In this document: piece by piece, positions 8,411 through 14,997 of the stretch | How the letters are laid out: the number at the start of each line of letters is the position of its first letter | Position numbering within the stretch: position 1 is the first letter of the stretch | Assembly (NCBI GenBank): GCA_046861655.1 | Contig: JBHIAI010000034.1 | Location: 1 to 15,619, forward strand | From: Fidelibacterota bacterium | GTDB taxonomy: Bacteria > Fidelibacterota > Marinisomatia > Marinisomatales > S15-B10 | Direction of reading: 5' to 3' | Length of the DNA: 15,619 nucleotides | Translations under genes and position numbers: made by a program | Notes under the pieces: generated by a model | What the model was told of the DNA's origin: nothing | What the model saw: only the letters and a program-made list of their open reading frames with translations | Databases searched by the model: none

Positions 8411-9276
8411 TGTCCAAGGTTGGGTATCTGATCGGGGAAGGATTTCGGAACCTGTGGAGGGCGAAACTGTCAGCTATCGCATCCGTCACCGCCATCGGTG
8501 TGGCCCTGAGCTTTGTGGGGTTCGGATCGCTGGTGGGCAAGAACTTCTCCCGGGTGATCGAGGTCGCCCGGTCCCAGTACAGGTTAGAAGTGTTTTTCTC
8601 GCCTGGACTGACAGACAGTGAGGCCCTCGGCATAACCCGGAAAATATCCGCCCTTCCCGGGATCAGGAGTACCACCCTGGTGACCAAGCAGGAGGCGGCG
8701 GAAATCTTCGAGCGGGAGTTCGGGGAAAACATCTTTGACCTCTTGAGCGAGAATCCCCTTCCCACCAGCTGTGTCGTTCGTCTTGAGGAAAAATCCAGCA
8801 TTCCACTCGATGTTACGGCCATCATCGACGGCATAAGGGCCATGGAATCCGTCGAAGATATTCGCTATGAGGGGCGAATCATTTCTGCGATCGAGCGGTA
8901 TTACAAGGGTCTGTTTGCCGTGGTCACCGGCCTGGCTGTCCTGGTCCTTCTTGGCACAGTGATACTGGTGTACAATACCATTCGATTATCCATCTATTCC
9001 AGGAAAGACCTTATTCGCATTCTACGGCTGGTTGGGGCCACCCACCGCTTTATTCGATTTCCTTTCATTGTTGAGGGGATTCTGGAGGGTATTCTGGGCG
9101 CTCTGCTGGCCTCGGGCCTTGTGTATGGATTTGTCATGGCTTCCAACTATCTGTTATCCCTTTTTACCCGGTACCGATTGACATGGGACACGCGGGTGGT
9201 GAGTTTGATGGTGGCAGTGGTGGTCGTTTTCTCTGTACTTGGAAGTATTCGCGCGGTCCGGAAGTTTCTGGCCTGA
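8407..9276 (+). CDS. ftsX: Cell division permease-like protein FtsX
   Basis: One N-terminal TM, a periplasmic domain with ENPLP, then NTIRLSIYSR...LRLVGAT..FIRFPFIVEG and three further TMs. The start could be 8407 or 8410. Confidence 0.94.
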   Translation: MMSKVGYLIGEGFRNLWRAKLSAIASVTAIGVALSFVGFGSLVGKNFSRVIEVARSQYRLEVFFSPGLTDSEALGITRKISALPGIRSTTLVTKQEAAEIFEREFGENIFDLLSENPLPTSCVVRLEEKSSIPLDVTAIIDGIRAMESVEDIRYEGRIISAIERYYKGLFAVVTGLAVLVLLGTVILVYNTIRLSIYSRKDLIRILRLVGATHRFIRFPFIVEGILEGILGALLASGLVYGFVMASNYLLSLFTRYRLTWDTRVVSLMVAVVVVFSVLGSIRAVRKFLA

Positions 9277-9280
9277 CCGG

Positions 9281-9333
9281 ACCCCCCTCGACGGACGAAT
9301 AGCTTGATTCTGCTTCGGTGGGGGGTTAATTTT
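9281..9333 (+). terminator. Imperfect GC-rich hairpin followed by a short T-rich tail; possible intrinsic terminator for the ftsX operon
   Basis: ACCCCCC (9281-9287) pairs with GGGGGGT (9320-9326), TCGA (9288-9291) with TCGG (9315-9318, one G-U) and GAAT (9297-9300) with ATTC (9307-9310). It is followed by TAATTTT. Confidence 0.4.
9304..9332 (+). promoter_or_regulatory. Putative sigma70-type promoter for hrcA-grpE-dnaJ
   Basis: TTGATT (9304-9309), a 17-nt spacer and TAATTT (9327-9332), in the only sizeable internal intergenic gap (68 nt). No CIRCE is present. Confidence 0.55.
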
Positions 9334-9344
9334 GAATAATTCGC

Positions 9345-10403
9345 ATGACCGGCATGAGTGTATCCATTACGTCATCCGTTCATCCCAGCGAACGGGAAAG
9401 GACCATCCTCAAGATGGTGATCGAGGATTATATCGAAACGGCCCACCCGGTCCCTTCCGCCCGTCTGAAACAAAAGTTTCGCATTGCCTGGAGTCCCGCC
9501 ACCATCCGGTCCGTGCTCCACACCCTTGACGAGGTGGGTCTGCTGGACCATGTTCATGTCTCTTCAGGAAAGATTCCCACCGATTCGGGTTACCGGTTCT
9601 ACGTGGAGGAGCTGATGGACAAGATATCGGAATCCGAGATCGTGAAGGCCCAGATTGTGTCTGAGCTGTCCGCCGTGGCCCAGAACGTGGACATGATCCT
9701 CCAGATCACCGCCGATACTCTGGCCCGATTGAGCCAGCTCTTCGGGTTCGCATTCCTCGATCTGGGGTCCTCAACAGCGCTCACCGACCTCGAACTCATC
9801 CCCATGAGCTCAGGACGACTCCTTCTGGTCCTGGGGTTTGAATCTCAACATGTTAAGACCGCCGTTCTAACCATATCAGCCCGGGTAAAGGAGTCCCAGC
9901 TTGAGACGATCACTTCCGTCCTCCGGGAAAGGCTTCTGGGACTGAGTATCGGCAAGATACAGTCGTCCATAGGGGACCGTCTTAAGAACGACGAGGTTTA
10001 TTCCAGTGATCTGGTACAGGTCATCGTCAAGAATGCCAGAAGTTATTTCGCGCCTTCCGAGTCCCCACGCATCCTGATCTCTCAAAAGGATTATCTTCTT
10101 CAGAATCCGGAGTTCAGCGACACGGACACGGTTCAGTCCATCGTCTCCGTCCTGGATGACTCCGCAACCCTCATGAAATCCATTTCCGAGGTATTGCCCG
10201 ATGTGGACCAGACAACACTCTCCATCGGAAAGGAGAATCCTGAAAGTGCCCTTAGGCACTGCTCTGTTGTGACACGGAGATTTGAACTGGGCAGCGTGAC
10301 CGGCCACCTGGGCGTTATCGGGCCCACCCGCATGTCGTACCGCGACATCTATGCTCTGGTATCCACGTTATCCCGGACAATCCCCTCCCTGGTTGATGAC
10401 TAA
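9345..10403 (+). CDS. hrcA: Heat-inducible transcription repressor HrcA
   Basis: Winged HTH ERERTIL..IEDYIETAHPV.S...SPATIR...SG.IPTDSGYRFYV, PEFSD, IGKEN, and C-terminal LGVIGPTRMSY. It is upstream of grpE and dnaJ. The start may be 9345 or 9354. Confidence 0.93.
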   Translation: MTGMSVSITSSVHPSERERTILKMVIEDYIETAHPVPSARLKQKFRIAWSPATIRSVLHTLDEVGLLDHVHVSSGKIPTDSGYRFYVEELMDKISESEIVKAQIVSELSAVAQNVDMILQITADTLARLSQLFGFAFLDLGSSTALTDLELIPMSSGRLLLVLGFESQHVKTAVLTISARVKESQLETITSVLRERLLGLSIGKIQSSIGDRLKNDEVYSSDLVQVIVKNARSYFAPSESPRILISQKDYLLQNPEFSDTDTVQSIVSVLDDSATLMKSISEVLPDVDQTTLSIGKENPESALRHCSVVTRRFELGSVTGHLGVIGPTRMSYRDIYALVSTLSRTIPSLVDD

Positions 10404-10968
10404 AGATACCCAGGCAAGAAAGGAGCCGGTCAAGAAGTCCAAGACCCCCTCCAAAGTCAAGACGAAAAAGCCCGCCAGCGAGTCCAGAACGGACAACCTG
10501 GCCAGGCAGGTGAAGGAACTGGAGGTGTCCCTGGAGGAGCTTCAGGACCGCCATCTCCGGCTCAGGGCCGAGTTCGAAAACTACCGAAAAAGAAAGGAAA
10601 GGGAGATCTCCCGCTTGCTCGAATACGAGGGTGAGGCCATCATCCGGTCTCTGCTCCCTGTGGTGGATGACCTGGAGCGAATGGTGCGGTCGGCGAACGG
10701 TAAGGAATTCAACAGCATGGATTCCCTGGTTGAGGGGATCCATCTCATTCTGGAGAATGCCAGGAAGCGGTTGAGGGCCCTTCATGTTGAACCCTTCGAA
10801 TCTGTGGGCAAGGTCTTCGACCCAGACCTCCATGATGCCATGCTGGTTCGGGAATCGGATGAGCATGACGAGAATGAGGTGATCGAGGAGTACGAAAAAG
10901 GCTACAAGTTCAAAGACAAAGTGATCCGGCATGCCAAGGTGGTGGTCAGCGCCTCGGGGAATGATTAG
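10396..10968 (+). CDS. grpE: Nucleotide exchange factor GrpE
   Basis: LRLRAEFENYRKR, LLPVVDDLER, FDPDLHDA and KGY...VIRHAKVVV. I moved the start from 10351 to the ATG at 10396, which overlaps the hrcA stop (ATGACTAA). 190 aa. Confidence 0.96.
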   Translation: MTKDTQARKEPVKKSKTPSKVKTKKPASESRTDNLARQVKELEVSLEELQDRHLRLRAEFENYRKRKEREISRLLEYEGEAIIRSLLPVVDDLERMVRSANGKEFNSMDSLVEGIHLILENARKRLRALHVEPFESVGKVFDPDLHDAMLVRESDEHDENEVIEEYEKGYKFKDKVIRHAKVVVSASGND

Positions 10969-10982
10969 ATAAGATCGGATCC

Positions 10983-12101
10983 ATGCCGAAGGACTATTAC
11001 GAAATCCTGGGCGCTGACCGGGATGACTCCCCTGAAGATATCAAGCGCGCTTACCGGAAACTGGCCATGAAATACCACCCCGACAGAAATCCCGGTGACA
11101 AGGAAGCTGAGCAGAAATTCAAGGAGGCGGCAGAGGCTTATTCCGTACTGGGTGACGCTGAGAAGAGGAGACAGTATGACCGGTTCGGTCACGCAGGTGT
11201 GGGGGCCCAGGAACCGGGGTTTGGCGGATTTGGCTTTCCCGATTTCGATCTCTCCGACGCTCTCCGGACTTTTATGGAAGGGTTCGGTTCCTTCGATGAT
11301 TTCTTCGGTGGTCAAGGTCGACGGACAGCCCGTCAGGTCCGGGGGAGCGACCTTAAGGTAACTCTGGGACTCGACCTTGAGGAGATCGCCATCGGTGTCT
11401 CCAAAACCCTCAAGGTCAAACGGCTGGAGACCTGTGACCTGTGTGAAGGGTCCGGAGCCGAGCCCGGATCCCGTCCCAGCCGGTGTCCGGAGTGCAACGG
11501 AGCCGGTCAGGTTCGCCAGGTTTCCCGGTCCCTTTTCGGTCAGTTCGTGAATGTGGCTCAATGCCCGCGCTGCCGAGGAACGGGAGAAGTCATTTCTTCT
11601 CCGTGCACGAAGTGCAGGGGAGAGGGGAGAGTCCGCAAGGCGGTGGAAATCAAGGTCAAGGTCCCTCCAGGAGTGGCGACGGGGAATTATATGACTCTCC
11701 GGGGGGAAGGGAACAAGGGCCAGAAAGGGGCACGACCGGGTGATCTGATCGTCTTTTTTGAAGAAAACGATCACTCCTATTTCACACGGCAGGGGTCGCA
11801 TATCGTTACTGAAATCGTGGTATCATTCTCCCAGGCCGCTCTCGGAAATTCGGTGAATGTTCCCACCCTGACGGGGAAGGCGAAGCTCACCATTCCCGCG
11901 GGTATCCAATCGGGACAGGTCCTGAGAATGAAGGGGAAAGGGCTCCCGGCCTTACGAGGAGCAGGCAAGGGCGACCAGCTGGTCCGCGTCCAGGTCGAGA
12001 CACCCACTTCCCTGACTTCCAAACAGAAGGCCCTGTTCAAGGAGCTGGCTTCCACCAACGGGGATCTGAAGACGGTGGTGCGAAAGATCCGCCGGCCATA
12101 G
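10983..12101 (+). CDS. dnaJ: Molecular chaperone DnaJ (class A)
   Basis: J-domain with KYHPDRN, a G/F-rich linker, four CxxCxGxG repeats (CDLCEGSG, CPECNGAG, CPRCRGTG, CTKCRGEG) and a C-terminal substrate-binding domain. Confidence 0.98.
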   Translation: MPKDYYEILGADRDDSPEDIKRAYRKLAMKYHPDRNPGDKEAEQKFKEAAEAYSVLGDAEKRRQYDRFGHAGVGAQEPGFGGFGFPDFDLSDALRTFMEGFGSFDDFFGGQGRRTARQVRGSDLKVTLGLDLEEIAIGVSKTLKVKRLETCDLCEGSGAEPGSRPSRCPECNGAGQVRQVSRSLFGQFVNVAQCPRCRGTGEVISSPCTKCRGEGRVRKAVEIKVKVPPGVATGNYMTLRGEGNKGQKGARPGDLIVFFEENDHSYFTRQGSHIVTEIVVSFSQAALGNSVNVPTLTGKAKLTIPAGIQSGQVLRMKGKGLPALRGAGKGDQLVRVQVETPTSLTSKQKALFKELASTNGDLKTVVRKIRRP

Positions 12102-12103
12102 AG

Positions 12104-12511
12104 TTGACCTCTCAGGAAAAACTGATCCTCAGGTTTCTTCTGACCATGCTGGTCATCGGCTCGGCGGTGGGAGTGGTGAGACGAACGTGGTTTCCCCATT
12201 CCCTCGATGCCCCGGGAGACGCGGAACGAACCGCCCGGGAAATGGCTTCAATCCTTCGACGGTCCTCCGATTCCCGGATTCTGGAAACCACGGTCAACCT
12301 TAACACCGCCTCAAAGAGAGAACTCATGTCCCTGCCGGGCATCGGGGAGGCCCTGGCAGAACGAATCATTCTGTACCGGGAAGATTTCGGTGAGTTTGGA
12401 TCTCTTGAGGACCTGACAGAAGTCAGAGGAATCGGTATCAAGACGGTCAACGGTCTGAAAGAACGGGCGACCGTCGATGGGAAAGGGAATAACGGAGATC
12501 TCAATGACTGA
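12104..12511 (+). CDS. comEA: ComEA-family membrane-anchored helix-hairpin-helix DNA-binding protein
   Basis: TTG start 2 nt after the dnaJ stop. N-terminal TM, then the double HhH VNLNTAS.RELMSLPGIGEALAERII.YRE..GEF.SLEDL.EVRGIG. Confidence 0.88.
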   Translation: MTSQEKLILRFLLTMLVIGSAVGVVRRTWFPHSLDAPGDAERTAREMASILRRSSDSRILETTVNLNTASKRELMSLPGIGEALAERIILYREDFGEFGSLEDLTEVRGIGIKTVNGLKERATVDGKGNNGDLND

Positions 12512-13265
12512 TCCAAGCGAGCCACACTTCAAGTTGTGGTTGAGAGACTTGCTGGAACTGGCGATTTTGATCGCCTTCTTGATGTTTTTGGCCGTCATCT
12601 ATATCCCCAGGGCCATCTGGGCCGAGGAGGAGAGAATCCAGGATGAAAGCCGGTTTAGAATGCAAAACGTTTACGACATTCTTACCTTCTACGAACGGCT
12701 GACGGGAGAACGAACCGGCGACGGATTGTGGGCCCTCCGTGTGGTGAATGCCACCCGGGATTCCCTCACCGCGGATTCTACTTTCCTGGGGGAGCAGGCG
12801 ATCTTTCTTCCGGGGGGTGAAGCGACGGTGAACGTTCGTCGGGGAACGGACGCCGACTACGATACGACGTTCGGGTTCCTGAAAACCCGGAAGGATACCC
12901 TGGTGGACACGGTATACACGGTAGTCACCTATAGCGCAGTGGACGAACGGTATGACACCCTCTTTGTTCGTCTGGAGGATATCCGGCCCTACCTTGAGGA
13001 TCCCGCCGTGGTGGACATCCCGGATACCGCAACGACAAGTCATGTAGAGGTCGTAACCTACTATGATTCCTACATGCCCGATTCAAACATGTTCATCTGT
13101 CCCCTGACCCACAGGCCATATATCATTCAAGCCAACGATGAACTCCTGGAAGTGGAGAGTCCCATCAAAGGAACGTACAAGGAATCCCGGTATCTGGTAT
13201 TTGCGCTTAAGGCACAGTCCCACGGGAAGATCGAGAACGGCCGGAGGAGTTGGGCCCGGTTCTAA
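12504..13265 (+). CDS. Hypothetical single-TM protein with a type IV pilin/pseudopilin-like N-terminal helix
   Basis: The ATG at 12504 has GGAG at 12494-12497 and overlaps the comEA stop (ATGACTGA). 253 aa. LLELAILIAFLMFLAVIYIP has Glu and Pro 17 residues apart, as E5/P22 in pilins, and is followed by an amphipathic helix. The CDS is well supported; the pilin assignment is inference. Confidence 0.6.
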   Translation: MTDPSEPHFKLWLRDLLELAILIAFLMFLAVIYIPRAIWAEEERIQDESRFRMQNVYDILTFYERLTGERTGDGLWALRVVNATRDSLTADSTFLGEQAIFLPGGEATVNVRRGTDADYDTTFGFLKTRKDTLVDTVYTVVTYSAVDERYDTLFVRLEDIRPYLEDPAVVDIPDTATTSHVEVVTYYDSYMPDSNMFICPLTHRPYIIQANDELLEVESPIKGTYKESRYLVFALKAQSHGKIENGRRSWARF

Positions 13266-13271
13266 CGCCCG

Positions 13272-14195
13272 ATGATTGCCATATCCCTGAAAAATGGCTG
13301 GGCTCGGTTTGCCCGCGCCGATATAGAGGGCGAGTCCCCGGTTTTGAAGGAGATCGGGGAAATACCGCTTCCCGTCCCTCTCGAGGACCCCGACCTTCAT
13401 TCTGATCGACTGACTTTCCTGATCGGGGAGCTGTTCGAGCAGATATACGAGGCTGCAGGCGGGGGCGACAGGGACCTGTACGTTTCTCTGGGCGAGGAAT
13501 GGATGGAATCGGATATTCTTGAAGTGGACAGCAGACTAACCCAGGAGGAAAAGGAAACCTATCTAGACTGGGTTCTCCATCAAAGGTTAGGATCCATGTC
13601 GGACGATTCTGAACCCTTCTTCTGTCTCCTGCCGGACGGGCGCGAAAACGTGGATCGGGTGCTGGTCTCCGTGATTACTGTCCCTCTGATCCGAGCGGTT
13701 CATGGGGCCGTGCTGAAGATGGGGGCGATACCTGTCTGGATGGAAGCGGGAGTGCTTTCTCTGGACCGGGTATCTGGCGCTCTCGATGATGGACGGGCCA
13801 CCCGGACTCTTGCCATGGAACCGGCCGGCAGTGCCTACCGGGGACTCTTCCACGATCGGGGTCAGCTGAGGGGTCTGGCCCTGTTCAGACTGAGAGCTGG
13901 CAAGGCACAGGAAGTAGTGACGAAAGGGGACAGGGCCCTGGTGTCTGGATGCCTGGAAGACTTGAACGCCTATCTGGCAGGCCAGGACTTGAGTCCGAAC
14001 CTCCACCTGTTCCTGTCTGGGGAGGTCTCCCGCCACACCCTCAAGGCCCTGACCCATTCGGGGACAGTTGAAGGGATTCTTACCGTCGTCAACCCCTTTG
14101 CCGGTCTGGGGACTGAGGGGATTTCTCTTCCAGACATCACCCACGGTTCCTGGTATGTGGACGTACGGGGACTCATTGAAAAGGGGATACAGTAG
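13272..14195 (+). CDS. Hypothetical cytoplasmic protein; divergent PilM/GspL-like actin-fold protein
   Basis: No signal peptide or TM. Segments parallel to PilM occur in order: MIAISLK..WARFA.....PVLKEIGEIPLP, LYVSL, LTQEEKETYLDWVLHQRL, VLVSV, LFLSGE, VVNPF and terminal VDVRGLIEKG. Confidence 0.6.
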   Translation: MIAISLKNGWARFARADIEGESPVLKEIGEIPLPVPLEDPDLHSDRLTFLIGELFEQIYEAAGGGDRDLYVSLGEEWMESDILEVDSRLTQEEKETYLDWVLHQRLGSMSDDSEPFFCLLPDGRENVDRVLVSVITVPLIRAVHGAVLKMGAIPVWMEAGVLSLDRVSGALDDGRATRTLAMEPAGSAYRGLFHDRGQLRGLALFRLRAGKAQEVVTKGDRALVSGCLEDLNAYLAGQDLSPNLHLFLSGEVSRHTLKALTHSGTVEGILTVVNPFAGLGTEGISLPDITHGSWYVDVRGLIEKGIQ

Positions 14196-14467
14196 TGCCT
14201 GATATCAATCTGTTTGATCAGCCCGGATTCCAGGAAGCGCCAGCCCGGAAAGAGAAGGATACGGAAACCAGACCGGAAAAGAGAAAGAAATCCAGAAGGA
14301 AGAAAAAACGCTTTTCTCCCGATGAAATCATTGCCGCAGTGGTATTGATTGGAATCGGAGCCATGGTCGTGTGGTATCTTTCCCTCCGCTGGACGGTGAA
14401 ATCTGAGGTTGAAGAACTCACCCCCGAGGAATTCCTTATGGGGCAGGAGGAGCCAACCGGCATATGA
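14195..14467 (+). CDS. Small bitopic membrane protein, PilN-N-terminus-like (INLF motif, polybasic tract, one TM)
   Basis: The GTG start overlaps the upstream TAG by 1 nt and the stop overlaps the rsmD ATG, so the ORF fills the gap exactly. MPDINLF, KRKKSRRKKKR, TM IIAAVVLIGIGAMVVWYLSL and a short acidic tail. Confidence 0.65.
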   Translation: MPDINLFDQPGFQEAPARKEKDTETRPEKRKKSRRKKKRFSPDEIIAAVVLIGIGAMVVWYLSLRWTVKSEVEELTPEEFLMGQEEPTGI

Positions 14468-14997
14468 CACCGAATACTACCGCTATCGTGGGGGGACAGT
14501 TCAAGGGGACGCGGCTTCGCACCGGCCGGGATCGACGGATTCGTCCCACCGTCTCCCGGGTCAGGGAGGCGATATTCGACCTCCTTCCCAGCCTGTCAGG
14601 GACGGACGTCCTTGACCTCTATGCGGGAGCGGGAACTCTGGGATTTGAGGCTCTCAGCCGGGGAGCCGGGAAGGTCACTTTCGTGGAGCTCAACCCGCAT
14701 GCCCTGAGGCTGCTGGAGAAGAACCGGATCCCCTTTGACGACGGTAGGGTGAAAATCATCCGGGACGATTGTCTTCGCTTTCTTAAGAAAACAGGCGCGA
14801 CCTACCATGTCATCCTGGCCGACCCACCGTATGGGGAAGTGGACCTTTCCGATTTGAAGGAGGGGGCACTTCTGCGGCTCAAACCAGGGGGCACCCTGGT
14901 TGTGGAGACATCGGTCCGGCAGTCCTGGAAAGAGGAGGATGCCATCATCAGAAGATACGGTGACACGCAGGTAACGTTGATCCGTGGTCGGTCATGA
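14464..14997 (+). CDS. rsmD: 16S rRNA m2G966 methyltransferase RsmD
   Basis: IVGGQFKG, RPT..RVREAIF, SAM-binding LDLYAGAGTLGFEALSRGA, DPPY and YGDT. The rsmD-coaD adjacency is a common arrangement. Confidence 0.94.
   Translation: MTPNTTAIVGGQFKGTRLRTGRDRRIRPTVSRVREAIFDLLPSLSGTDVLDLYAGAGTLGFEALSRGAGKVTFVELNPHALRLLEKNRIPFDDGRVKIIRDDCLRFLKKTGATYHVILADPPYGEVDLSDLKEGALLRLKPGGTLVVETSVRQSWKEEDAIIRRYGDTQVTLIRGRS

Noticed and set aside
9340..9364. Possible degenerate CIRCE (TTCGCATGA...GAGTGTATC) over the hrcA start
   Set aside because: The left arm matches only 5 of 9 positions, the spacer is 7 rather than 9 nt, and the arms are not complementary.
10351..10395. Longer N-termini for grpE (10351) and for the pilin-like gene (12477)
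   Set aside because: They would overlap the upstream genes by 53 and 35 nt. The downstream ATGs give 8-nt coupled overlaps, and 12504 also has a GGAG ribosome-binding site.
10965..11801. 278-aa minus-strand ORF opposite dnaJ
   Set aside because: It lies almost entirely antisense to a conserved gene and has no recognisable motifs. Such shadow ORFs are expected in GC-rich coding DNA.
14464..14997. DPPY methyltransferase as a DNA adenine methylase of a restriction or defence system
   Set aside because: The RPT..RVREA.F and EALSRGA motifs, the size and the adjacency to coaD identify it as RsmD. No nuclease gene is nearby.
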